A stretch of DNA of 64,000 nucleotides from an uncultured Rivularia sp. (GTDB lineage: Bacteria; Cyanobacteriota; Cyanobacteriia; Cyanobacteriales; Nostocaceae). Numbering within the stretch: the first letter of the stretch is position 1; every line of letters begins with the position of its first letter. The notes beneath the pieces were generated by a model. The model did no database searches, had not been told where the DNA came from, and saw only the letters and a list, made by a program, of their open reading frames with translations. The stretch is taken from the NCBI GenBank assembly GCA_963665115.1, contig OY762007.1, positions 2,720,001 to 2,784,000 of the forward strand. The letters are read 5' to 3'. Of this stretch, positions 10,756-21,130 are shown piece after piece. A program made the position numbers and the translations under genes.

Positions 10756-11003
10756 TGTATTTGTGGAAATTGATATCAGTTCCTTTTCATAAGAAAGGTT
10801 CAATAAATGCAGAGGAAATTAATGATGTAGAACTTAAGAATAAATTGGATTTATTAAAAATTCAAGGGTGGGAAGTAGTTAGAATGCTTGCTATTACGCG
10901 CAATGATGGTACATTCTTTGATTTTTTAATAGAATTAAAGTGTGAAGTGATTCCCTTCCCTGTGTTACGGCGAGGATTTTACCCAATTTTTAAACTACGA
11001 TAG
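10755..11003 (+). CDS. Small hypothetical protein (DUF4177-like)
   Basis: TGATG overlap with the upstream gene; LDLLKIQGWEVV motif. Confidence 0.4.
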   Translation: MYLWKLISVPFHKKGSINAEEINDVELKNKLDLLKIQGWEVVRMLAITRNDGTFFDFLIELKCEVIPFPVLRRGFYPIFKLR

Positions 11004-11065
11004 CAAAATATCAAAAGAAGAAAGCGATAAATCGCTTACTACGAACCTATGAAAAATTGCACAGC

Positions 11066-11099
11066 AAAAAACGCCTCCCGATTGCTCGGAAGGCGTTTT
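11066..11099 (-). terminator. Intrinsic terminator of psbA (possibly bidirectional)
   Basis: aaaaaacgcctcccga-ttgc-tcggaaggcgtttt hairpin with A/T tails. Confidence 0.8.
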
Positions 11100-11140
11100 C
11101 TATAAGACGTAAAATTTTACGTCTCTACAATATTAAATTT

Positions 11141-12223
11141 TTAACCGTTGATTGCGGGAGCGCTGATTGCTACAGGAGCAGTTTCGCCAGCAGCCAAATC
11201 AAGTGGGAAGTTGTGAGCGTTACGCTCGTGCATTACTTCCATACCCAAGTTAGCTCTGTTCAATACATCAGCCCAGGTGTTTACAACTCTACCGCTAGAA
11301 TCGATTACAGACTGGTTGAAGTTGAAACCGTTCAAGTTAAACGCCATTGTGCTGATTCCCAAAGCGGTAAACCAGATTCCTACTACAGGCCATGCTGCTA
11401 AGAAGAAGTGCAAGCTACGGCTGTTGTTGAAGGAAGCGTATTGGAAGATCAAACGACCAAAGTAACCGTGTGCAGCTACGATGTTGTAAGTTTCTTCTTC
11501 TTGACCGAATTTGTAACCGTAGTTCTGAGATTCGGTTTCGGTTGTTTCACGTACCAAGGAGCTTGTTACCAAAGAACCGTGCATTGCACTGAACAAGCTT
11601 CCGCCGAATACACCTGCAACACCTAACTGGTGGAAGGGGTGCATCAAAATGTTGTGTTCAGCTTGGAACACGAACATGAAGTTAAAGGTACCAGAAATAC
11701 CTAAAGGCATACCGTCAGAGAAAGAACCTTGTCCAATTGGGTAGATCAAGAATACTGCGGTTGCTGCTGCTACTGGAGCAGAGAAAGCAACACAGATCCA
11801 AGGACGCATACCCAAGCGGTAAGATAATTCCCACTCACGACCTAAGTAGCAAAATACACCAATTAGGAAGTGGAAACATACCAACTGGTAAGGACCACCG
11901 TTGTACAACCACTCATCTAGAGAAGCTGCTTCCCAAATTGGGTAGAAGTGCAAACCAATAGCGTTAGAAGAAGGAACAACAGCACCGGAGATGATGTTGT
12001 TTCCGTAGATCAACGAACCTGCAACAGGCTCGCGGATACCATCGATGTCAACAGGAGGTGCTGCAACAAAAGCGATGATGAAACAGGTGGTAGCAGCTAA
12101 GAGGGTAGGAATCATCAACATACCAAACCAACCGATGTATAAACGATTGTTGGTGCTGGTGATCCATCCGCAGAACTGTTCCCACGCACTGGCGCTCTCG
12201 CGTCTTTGTAATGTGGTTGTCAT
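11141..12223 (-). CDS. psbA: Photosystem II D1 protein (standard, E130 form)
   Basis: 360 aa, [10 protein letters not shown]...[13 protein letters not shown]; Mn-cluster ligands D170, E189, H332, E333, D342, A344 intact. Confidence 0.99.
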   Translation of the reverse strand: MTTTLQRRESASAWEQFCGWITSTNNRLYIGWFGMLMIPTLLAATTCFIIAFVAAPPVDIDGIREPVAGSLIYGNNIISGAVVPSSNAIGLHFYPIWEAASLDEWLYNGGPYQLVCFHFLIGVFCYLGREWELSYRLGMRPWICVAFSAPVAAATAVFLIYPIGQGSFSDGMPLGISGTFNFMFVFQAEHNILMHPFHQLGVAGVFGGSLFSAMHGSLVTSSLVRETTETESQNYGYKFGQEEETYNIVAAHGYFGRLIFQYASFNNSRSLHFFLAAWPVVGIWFTALGISTMAFNLNGFNFNQSVIDSSGRVVNTWADVLNRANLGMEVMHERNAHNFPLDLAAGETAPVAISAPAING

Positions 12224-12483
12224 GGTTCGGATAATTGCGTTTTGTTTTATGTATGTGTAAGCTGTTTTGCTTACCTATATTTATACATTAGAGCATATTT
12301 TACGTTTTGTAAAGCTTTTTTAATAAAGTTTGTCTTATACGACTCATTAGTTTATGTTATCAGCGAACAAATAAGGATGGGGCAGTATGAAAAAAACAAG
12401 GGAGCAAGATGCTCCCACTACAGATGGCTTTATAATTCTTCACTCATAACTCATAACTCCTAACTTTTCTTTCCCTCATCACC

Positions 12484-12834
<351 letters not shown>

Positions 12835-12891
12835 TTATTTGTTGTCATTGCTCAATATCAATTGTTAATCATAGAACGAACCGTTCAAAAA

Positions 12892-13800
12892 TTAAGAATC
12901 TACCGTTTCTAATGCCAGTGGTAGTTCTGAATGCTGAAAACTTTGTTCTCTAGAACTTGCCAGTAACTTGGTTTCAGGAATCATTCTAGGCTTCGACGCT
13001 AATTTAAAAAATTCAAGCATCCGAATAAAGCTGTATGTAGGATCTGGTAGATATGCAACTTTTCCAGAACGAATAGTTATGCCGTGACGACTGGATGATT
13101 GAAAAGCATGGTGGAGATTATGCCAGCCTTCACCCAAGGTTAGAAATGCTACGAAGGCATTATTTCGACTGAATTCATCAGTGATAAACGGGCGATCGCC
13201 TACAATATGAGAGAGTGAGTTAACGGTTTGAACTCCGTGAAATAACAGAGTTGTGCTGAGAAAAAATGCACCGAGATATTCAACACCACCGATGAAATAA
13301 GAAAGCGTTGCCAAGGCTAGTACTGGTACGAAGTGCAAACGGTCAATTACTTTTAAAACTTTGTCATTCTCAACATCCTTGGGCAGTTTAGCAGGTAAAA
13401 ACTCTGGTGATAATAGCCAACCCCCTTGTGACCAATAAAATGCTCGAATTCCTTGAAACCGGGTGTTAGGAGAATGAGCATCAAGTTCTTTGTCGGAATG
13501 TTGATGATGATTCACGTGATGCGCTTTCCACCAACTTGGCCCCATTTGCCCCGCCGATGCTGTCACAATACATCCCAACCACAGAACTAAAGCAGGAGCC
13601 TGATAGCTTTTATGGGTAAGCAACCTATGGTAAATAGCGGTTGTTCCTAGCATTCGGATTAGGTATAAAAATACAATCCATACAACAGCGCCCCACGACA
13701 AACCAGTTTTGAAAACTAGCAACGAACCGAAATGACCGGAAATAATCAGTATTGGACCGATTACATAAGAAACAATCGTGAGTGGCGAATACTGCCTCAT
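12892..13800 (-). CDS. Membrane fatty-acid desaturase (delta-9-like)
   Basis: His boxes HRLLTH, HVNHH, GEGWHNLHH. Confidence 0.85.
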   Translation of the reverse strand: MRQYSPLTIVSYVIGPILIISGHFGSLLVFKTGLSWGAVVWIVFLYLIRMLGTTAIYHRLLTHKSYQAPALVLWLGCIVTASAGQMGPSWWKAHHVNHHQHSDKELDAHSPNTRFQGIRAFYWSQGGWLLSPEFLPAKLPKDVENDKVLKVIDRLHFVPVLALATLSYFIGGVEYLGAFFLSTTLLFHGVQTVNSLSHIVGDRPFITDEFSRNNAFVAFLTLGEGWHNLHHAFQSSSRHGITIRSGKVAYLPDPTYSFIRMLEFFKLASKPRMIPETKLLASSREQSFQHSELPLALETVDS

Positions 13801-13971
13801 TTTTTCTTTTACTGTCCTGAAAGTATTAATAAAGAAGCCATTAAAAGATTGATTACGCAGAATAATTCCGTATAATCACTTCTAAAGACAGTAGTTGAGA
13901 ACAAGTATTAATACAAGCAATTTGTATTGGGGTTGGATGTTGAAAATTTCTTTGTAACGAAAATTATTTAG

Positions 13972-14868
13972 TTAACGCTCCGCAGGTTTGACAAGAAAAG
14001 GATAAACAATATCTAGAACTAATACGATTAATGCATGAATCGGTATAATCAGTAAAAATGCCAAAAACGATATCGCAATTATCGCAGCTTCAATAATGGG
14101 GGAACGCGGTTTCAACCAGTCGAAAGCGGAGTCTAAAAAGTTTGTAACTTCTTCTTTTCCTTCGACGCACAACCAAGGGCTGTGAGCTACTATTAAATGT
14201 TCGGCTCCCCAACTGCGAACGGTATTAAGAGAATTACGTAAAGATTCGCGGTTGAACATATTAGCTAACTGCATTCCGCGTGGGGTATGCTTATACATTT
14301 GGTTTAACCGAGCAGTGAAGCGGGAAAATGAAGAAAATACTGCGGGATCGAAATCCATAATCATATCGGTGAAAACTACGGTGTTCGACTCGCGATGAAA
14401 AAAAACAATTTCATCCACCAATCCATTACCCGAACCAAAAATGCATCGATCTATTTCGTTACTCCATTCGGATTCTGGCTCGTCTGTAGAAAGGGTTTTG
14501 TAGAAAGTTAAGTCTTTGCGCTTTGAATCTAGTCGCGGTGATGCATAAAGTCTCGCTTCTGGATATGCTTGTCCCCAATCTCCCATATGCAAGTGGTGAA
14601 TGTTATTTGGCGAAACGATATATTTTACAGTTCCAAGGGCATCAATATCGGTGCGGATATCGTCAGTAATACGGATTGGAGAAATAATAAAAAGGCTGTT
14701 GTGTTTGAGACGGATGACAACTGCGCGATGGGTATAGGGATACTTAGGTTGCATCGGAGGGCGGTAGCATATGCAGTCGGAAGCCTCAATTGTCCAGATG
14801 TTGGTGGCTACTTTTGCTAAACCGCTTTTAGTTTCGTTGGGAATTGGGCGGAAAGTTTGAGTTTGCAT
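13972..14868 (-). CDS. DUF4336 family protein (metallo-beta-lactamase-like fold)
   Basis: IISPI, IVSPNNIHHLH, EIVFFHRESNTVVFTD. Confidence 0.7.
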   Translation of the reverse strand: MQTQTFRPIPNETKSGLAKVATNIWTIEASDCICYRPPMQPKYPYTHRAVVIRLKHNSLFIISPIRITDDIRTDIDALGTVKYIVSPNNIHHLHMGDWGQAYPEARLYASPRLDSKRKDLTFYKTLSTDEPESEWSNEIDRCIFGSGNGLVDEIVFFHRESNTVVFTDMIMDFDPAVFSSFSRFTARLNQMYKHTPRGMQLANMFNRESLRNSLNTVRSWGAEHLIVAHSPWLCVEGKEEVTNFLDSAFDWLKPRSPIIEAAIIAISFLAFLLIIPIHALIVLVLDIVYPFLVKPAER

Positions 14869-14967
14869 AACAGAATTTCTCTTAGCCTATATTTAAGTAA
14901 AACTGAAGAATAAAGATAAATAGGGAATTTCGCGAGATGATTTAAAGTTCTTTTATTTTATGCAATT

Positions 14968-15134
14968 TGTAGGTTGGGTTAGACACGAGCAGACAAACTT
15001 GATTTGTAACGAGGATTTATGAATCGTGTCGTAACCCAACATTGCGGTTGCTCCTAAAAATTATGTTGGGTTAAGCGCTATTATAGATTTCTTATAAAAA
15101 CTAATTTATTCGTGCGCCGTGAAGCTAACCTACA
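14968..15134. repeat. REPIN-like element (GTAGGTTGGGTT family, two nested hairpins)
   Basis: tgtaggttgggttagacacg...cgtgtcgtaacccaaca...tgttgggtt...ctaacctaca; related copies at ~54410-54465 and 55005-55100. Confidence 0.7.
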
Positions 15135-15228
15135 AATACAAGCTTCGTTTTTATCGACAAGCCATACAAAATAATTTTCAGCTATAACTGATGAGTTAAA
15201 TGTTTTTATACTAATCGGTTATATAAAT

Positions 15229-16768
15229 ATGCTTGCTAGAGTTTGGAGTGCATCAATTGTCGGCATCGATGCCATCAAGGTGGGTGTGGAAGTCGATGTT
15301 TCGGGTGGTTTACCGGCGATTGTGATGTTGGGTTTACCCGATAGTGCGGTGCAGGAATCAAAGGAAAGGGTAAAAGCAACTTTGAAAAATGCAGGTTTTG
15401 CTTTCCCTATGCGTAAGATTGTAATTAACTTGACTCCTGCCGATTTACGTAAGGAAGGACCTTGTTTTGATTTGCCTATCAGCGTGGGCATTTTAGCAGC
15501 TTCGGATCAAGTTAATCCCGATTTGCTTGGTGATTATTTATTCCTTGGGGAAGTCTCGTTAGATGGTAGTTTGCGCCCTGTGGCTGGTGTATTACCGATC
15601 GCTGCTGCGGCGCAAAACATGGGAATCACGGCTTTAGTGGTACCTGCGGATAATGCTCAAGAAGCGGCAGTTGTCAAGGGATTAGATGTTTATGGTTTTG
15701 AAAATGTCTCTGATGTGGCTAATTTTTTAAATAATCCTGCACGTTATAAACCTGTAGAACTTGATGAAACTATAGAAACTTCATCTGACGATGCGACACC
15801 TGTTTACAATTTGGATTTAAAGGATGTCAAAGGACAAGCTCATGCACGTCGTGCTTTAGAAATCGCTGCTGCTGGAGGTCATAATTTAATTTTTGTTGGG
15901 CCACCTGGTAGCGGTAAAACCATGTTGGCAAGGCGTTTACCTCATATTTTGCCTCCGTTGGGTTTTGATGAATCTTTGGAAGTCACACGTATTTATTCGG
16001 TAGCTGGCTTATTGAAAAATCGCGGTACATTAATTCGCGATCGCCCTTTTCGCAGTCCCCATCATTCGGCGAGTGGCCCCTTCTTTGGTGGGTGGTGGCA
16101 GCTATCCCCGCCCTGGCGAAATTTCTTTATCACATCGAGGTGTACTTTTCCTAGATGAGTTAACAGAATTTAAAAGAGATGTTTTAGAATTCCTGCGTCA
16201 ACCTCTTGAAGATGGGCAAGTAACTATTTCCCGCACCAAACAATCTGTCATGTTTCCGGCGCAGTTTACCTTGGTGGCGAGTACCAATCCCTGCCCCTGC
16301 GGCTTTTACGGCGATACCATCGAACCCTGTACCTGTTCCCCTAGTAAAAGAGAAAATTATTGGGGCAAGTTATCGGGGCCGTTAATGGATAGAATCGATC
16401 TACAAGTTGCGGTAAATCGTTTGAAACCCGAAGAAATTACCCAGCAACCCAATGGAGAAACATCGGCAACCGTTAGAGAAAGAGTTTTAATTGCACGAGA
16501 GCGAGCCTCTAAAAGATTTGCAAAAGAAAAAACTGTACGCTGCAATGCTCAAATGCAAAGTCGTCACTTACAGAAATGGTGCAAATTAGATGACGCATCT
16601 CGCAATTTATTAGAAATGGCTATCCGAAAATTAAGTTTATCAGCAAGAGCAAGCGATCGCATTTTAAAAGTAGCAAGAACTATTGCAGATTTAGCTGGTG
16701 ATGAAAACTTGCAGCCCCATCATGTTGCCGAAGCAGTTCAGTATCGCACCATAGATAGAATGCAATAA
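15229..16768 (+). CDS. comM: YifB/ComM family Mg-chelatase-like AAA+ ATPase; one apparent frameshift (16077-16080)
   Basis: NLTPADLRKEG, GPPGSGKT, RPFRSPHHSAS, LFLDEL, STNPCPCG; removing one C gives a 512-aa ORF. Confidence 0.88.
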
Positions 16769-16968
16769 TGAAATGGGCATGGGGCATTGGGGATAGGGCA
16801 TTGGGGATTGGTAATGGGTAATTGGTAATTGGTAATTGTTAATTATTTTTACTCTACCCCCTCTACCCCCTCTCCCCCCTCTCATCTTCTTAAGTATAAT
16901 TACTTCCATCTTTACGCAGAGTTGATACTAATCTAAAATAGTTAAATTCGTTCATTGCAGAACCATAG

Positions 16969-18603
16969 ATGGATTGGAGTAGCTTGCTGCGAAGTTTACA
17001 ATCGGACTTTATCAAGCGTTTGGCTGATGGTTGTTTGCTGCATTGTCAAAGTGTCGGTCAATATAGCGAGCTAAGTATTATATCTGGGGAGAGGTTAAAA
17101 CAGCTACGCGAGTTTTGCTGGATGATGGCGGAAAAATATAAGCGCGTTTCTTCAGTGCGCGATGTTTTTGTTAGCTATCTTAAGGGAAAGTTGGGTGAGG
17201 AAGTTGTAAAAGAAAGGTTGGCTGATTTTATTACCGAGGTAGATTATGAAAAACGCTTCGGTGGTGATGGTAATGTTGATTTTACGTTGACTGCTAATCC
17301 TTTAATTGGGATTGAAGTGAAATCTCGTCACGGTTATTTTAATAAGGTAAGATGGTCGGTTTCTGTTGACGAAGTACAAAAAAATGCGGTTATTGTTTGC
17401 GTTTTAATTCAGGAAGAGGTAAATGAAGCGCAATCTAAATATAATCTGGTTTTGGCTGGGTTTTTACCAACTGAAATGATTAAGTTGAGAACTGGTAAAA
17501 TCTCTTTTGGAATTGAGCAGTTATTTTATGCTGGTGGGTTACGCTCTTATTTAGAACATTTACAGGCTTCTACAAGTTATATTTCTCCTCAGCAGCAATT
17601 ATTTAATAAACCAGCAAACCAGAATTTTATTACGTCAGTTAAAACTGAAGAAAATTTAAATCAACTTTATATTCAGCAGGGTGATGAATGTTTTGAAAAA
17701 AAGCTTTATGATGCTGCGATTGAGAATTACACTCAAGCGTTACAAATTCATCATGGTGATGCTACTACTTTTTACAAGCGCGGCAATATTTTTTATTATT
17801 TGAAAGATTATAGTCAAGCAATTGCAGATTTTACTCAAGCAATTAATGTAAATCCGAATTTTGCTAAAGCTTATATAAAAAGCGGTTTGACTCGATGTAA
17901 GTTAGCAGATTATTACGGAGCTATTGAAGATTATACTCAAGCGATTAGAATTAATTATTACGATGCGGTAGCTTTTCAAAACCGTGGTGATATTCGTTCT
18001 TTTCTCGGTGATAGTCAAGGTGCAATTGAAGATTATACTCAAGCTAAAAAAAATAATCCTCATTTATTAGAAAAAACATTAGAAAAGCAGAAAATTATTT
18101 CTGATAGCGATGATAATTCTACAGTAGATGATAATACAAATAATTTAGAGCTTGAAAATCATCAACGTGCTATTGAAGTTTTCACACAAGTAATTGAAAT
18201 TAGTCCCGATGATGCAGTCGGCTACAAAAAGCGCGGTAATGCTCGTTGCGATTTGGGAGATTATTTACAAGCAATTGAAGATTTTACAAAAGCAATTCAG
18301 ATAAATCCTTATGATGCAGATGCTTATTTTTATCGCGGTAATGCTTTTTACGAGTTGGGAGATAAACCCGAAGCAATTGAAGATTACACTCAAGCAATTA
18401 AAATAAATGACAGCGATGCGGATGTTTATATTAATCGCGGAAATGTGCGAGATGAATTAGGAGATACCCAAGGGGCAGTTGCAGATTTTCATGTAGCAGC
18501 AGATTTATATCAGAAAGTTGGTAAAGTTCAAGAATATCAGGATACGAGAGAAAAGATTTTGGATTTGGAAATTGAAGAATCTTTGGATGTTTTGGATTTT
18601 TGA
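16969..18603 (+). CDS. TPR-repeat protein with an N-terminal nuclease-like domain
   Basis: Multiple AIxDYTQAI TPRs; N-terminal GKLGEE...DGNVDF...IEVKSR. Confidence 0.8.
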   Translation: MDWSSLLRSLQSDFIKRLADGCLLHCQSVGQYSELSIISGERLKQLREFCWMMAEKYKRVSSVRDVFVSYLKGKLGEEVVKERLADFITEVDYEKRFGGDGNVDFTLTANPLIGIEVKSRHGYFNKVRWSVSVDEVQKNAVIVCVLIQEEVNEAQSKYNLVLAGFLPTEMIKLRTGKISFGIEQLFYAGGLRSYLEHLQASTSYISPQQQLFNKPANQNFITSVKTEENLNQLYIQQGDECFEKKLYDAAIENYTQALQIHHGDATTFYKRGNIFYYLKDYSQAIADFTQAINVNPNFAKAYIKSGLTRCKLADYYGAIEDYTQAIRINYYDAVAFQNRGDIRSFLGDSQGAIEDYTQAKKNNPHLLEKTLEKQKIISDSDDNSTVDDNTNNLELENHQRAIEVFTQVIEISPDDAVGYKKRGNARCDLGDYLQAIEDFTKAIQINPYDADAYFYRGNAFYELGDKPEAIEDYTQAIKINDSDADVYINRGNVRDELGDTQGAVADFHVAADLYQKVGKVQEYQDTREKILDLEIEESLDVLDF

Positions 18604-18715
18604 CAATTATCAATTATCAATTATCAGTTGAGAGAAAATAATCTTGTAGGGTGTGTGACGCTTCAATAAATTTTGTTGGTAATTTAATCGCTTTTAGCAT
18701 CACGCTTTGTTAAAC

Positions 18716-18846
18716 TATAGCGATTTTCGGTTGAGTCCAATACACTCACAACCTCACCCCCGTCCCCTCTCCTTAATAAGGAGAGGGGTGTCCGATAGGA
18801 CGGGGTGAGGTCAAATTTGTATTGCATCCAAGTGAAAACTGCTATA
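18716..18846. mobile_element. MITE with (C)TATAGC...GCTATA ends and an internal GC-rich hairpin
   Basis: tatagcgattttcggttgagtccaatac ... gtattgcatccaagtgaaaactgctata imperfect TIRs; internal cctcacccc...ggggtgagg. Confidence 0.7.
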
Positions 18847-19029
18847 TTGAATTGCTAACAGTTTTTTTCGTATATATTCTTGTTGCTGCTTGTAGTACAA
18901 TTTTTGCCGCAAACCCACATCTAATTGTTGAGTTTCCAGTCTAAAAGTTCTACTTCCTATAGATTTAACCATGATGTAGCCCGAAATTAATTCATGTAAT
19001 ATTAATTATTCTACAAAAGCTAATAAAAA

Positions 19030-19980
19030 TCATTTTGGTTCTAAAAAACGTTTAATAGTCATAACAATATAATCTCCTTTTATATACTTTGAAATCAATC
19101 CTACAGGATTTAAAAAGAATTCGTTATCTGGTACTACTAATACAACTTGACTTCCATATGTATCTTCAAACGAACTCAAAATAATACGTTTATTTTTCAC
19201 ATCAATAATTTCATTCAAAGGATATTGATGCACTTCTTTTCCAAGCATTCCGAAACATCTATAGCGGCTAACTGTTAAAAGATTTGTTTCTTTATCAAAA
19301 CAAAAATTAATAAATAAGCCTGTTGATGTGAGTAGTAAAAATATTATTAAAAAGAATATAACACATCCAAAACCTACATATCCCATATACTTATTGTCTA
19401 CAATACCTACGATTTTTCTGATTTCGCTATTGATTAAAAATTCATTAATAGATGACGTTAATAATCTGAGTTCATTTATTTTAGATTCAAAAAACCTGTA
19501 ACGTGTGAAAGGAATAGTTTCGGTTGGTGTTAATAAAATTATTCGATACTTATAGCTTGATTTATCTTTCCCATTGATTTCAACTTTTTCGCCTCTTTTT
19601 GTTTCAATTTGTGCCTCAATTAAATTTGGAATTATCCTTGTTTGTTTTTCATAATCAAACCAATATATGTCTATAATTTTACAATCTGTTGGAATAATTT
19701 TTTGTTTAGTACTTAGATCCTGATTAACCGTTGAGATATTCTGCATAGAGTGTTCGCAAATTATTTTTTGAATAGGATTAAAACTAAAAACTCCATACAA
19801 CAATAAACATAAAAATGGACTAGTAATTATTGCTAGGAAAAAACTCAATTTTGGTCTAAAGATAAGATTAAGTTTAGTTGATGAATGTTCTGATATTCTT
19901 ATAAAATCACCTATTGAAAAATAACAAAAAGCTAAAAGAATAAATATTATTAAAATTGTATTTGTTATATTGTTATCCAT
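19030..19980 (-). CDS. Hypothetical membrane protein
   Basis: 316-aa AT-rich ORF with several hydrophobic segments. Confidence 0.65.
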   Translation of the reverse strand: MDNNITNTILIIFILLAFCYFSIGDFIRISEHSSTKLNLIFRPKLSFFLAIITSPFLCLLLYGVFSFNPIQKIICEHSMQNISTVNQDLSTKQKIIPTDCKIIDIYWFDYEKQTRIIPNLIEAQIETKRGEKVEINGKDKSSYKYRIILLTPTETIPFTRYRFFESKINELRLLTSSINEFLINSEIRKIVGIVDNKYMGYVGFGCVIFFLIIFLLLTSTGLFINFCFDKETNLLTVSRYRCFGMLGKEVHQYPLNEIIDVKNKRIILSSFEDTYGSQVVLVVPDNEFFLNPVGLISKYIKGDYIVMTIKRFLEPK

Positions 19981-20085
19981 AGTATATAATGCCCAAAAAA
20001 AATAGGAGCTAGAAAATAACTCCTAACTCCTAACTCCTAACTCTTAACTGCCGGGGAGACGTAGCACTGCTACGTCTCTACATTA

Positions 20086-21072
20086 TTAATATCCGCCTTC
20101 TTCTTCGTATTCTGGCTGCTTTTCTTTGACTTTCTTGGGGATAACAATTGGCTGGGGTGCTTCTTCGTCTTCCCAAGCGTCTTTTTCTAAGTCGTCGTCG
20201 TAGGTTTCGTAGTCTTCTTTATATGCTTTATTGGGGAAGGGTTGGGGTGATGGTGCTTGATACCTATCTTTACCCGTGGCTTCGCTCCAGTTGTCTTCTT
20301 CGGCTTCTTCGTAACGGATGGTTTCTTCTTCGTAAGGGGGTGCTTCCATGACTCGACGACGAGGGGCTTCTTCGTAAGCGTCGTCTTCTGTCCAAACTTC
20401 TTCTGCTACTGGCTCTGGGCGGCGTACTCTGGGTTGGGGTGCTTCTAAGGGTACTCCCGATGGTAGCTGATTTTCTGGCGCTACGGTTTTAGGAGTGGCG
20501 TTGTAATATTCGTCGTCGCGTTCCCAAGGTGCTTTGCCGATACCCAAACGTTCTAGTACGCCGACGCTTAATTGAGTAACTCTTTCTTCAGCTCCTTCAA
20601 ATACTATCAGTCGATTTGCGCCAACGCTGGCTATTTCGTCCATTGATAGTTCGTAGGTGCTGAGAACTTGATCGGGTATTTGTGGTAGTCCTAAAGAAGC
20701 AATGATTATGGAACTAATTCTACCGCTGATGCCATCAAACTTGAAACCGCGTACTCTTCCTAGTACTTCTCCGGATTCTGTAATGACTTCCCAATTAACT
20801 AAATTACTATATAGCTGGGTGTCGATGTCTTCGATTACATCTTCATTATTGACCAAAATCACATCGCCAATTTGGTCAATGCTACCTAAATACATATAGC
20901 GCGGTATTCCAGAAACGGAGATCAGGCTGTCTCGCAATCCAAGTGCCACAACTTCTCGTCTATCAATATCAACCCACAGCTGGTTGACAATGCCGAGCCT
21001 TCTCCCGTTGTCGCGGGTGATGACTTGGGTGTTTAAAATGTCCGAGCGTCTAATAATTTGTTCAGAGGTCAT
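20086..21072 (-). CDS. PRC-barrel domain protein with acidic C-terminal tail
   Basis: Two PRC-like repeats (VITRDNGRRLG, VITESGEVLGRV); lies downstream of smc. Confidence 0.85.
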   Translation of the reverse strand: MTSEQIIRRSDILNTQVITRDNGRRLGIVNQLWVDIDRREVVALGLRDSLISVSGIPRYMYLGSIDQIGDVILVNNEDVIEDIDTQLYSNLVNWEVITESGEVLGRVRGFKFDGISGRISSIIIASLGLPQIPDQVLSTYELSMDEIASVGANRLIVFEGAEERVTQLSVGVLERLGIGKAPWERDDEYYNATPKTVAPENQLPSGVPLEAPQPRVRRPEPVAEEVWTEDDAYEEAPRRRVMEAPPYEEETIRYEEAEEDNWSEATGKDRYQAPSPQPFPNKAYKEDYETYDDDLEKDAWEDEEAPQPIVIPKKVKEKQPEYEEEGGY

Positions 21073-21130
21073 TATTTACCGAGTCCCGATCTCGAATCCG
21101 GTTTATCTATACACTATTATTAACAGATAC

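Noticed and set aside
11141..12223. Rogue, super-rogue or far-red D1
   Set aside because: All Mn-cluster ligands and the processing site are canonical, and no far-red gene cluster is adjacent.
15229..16768. comM, coaT and other split genes as true pseudogenes or programmed frameshifts
   Set aside because: Each break is a small homopolymer expansion with otherwise intact motifs and no slippery-site or stimulator structure; sequencing error is more parsimonious.
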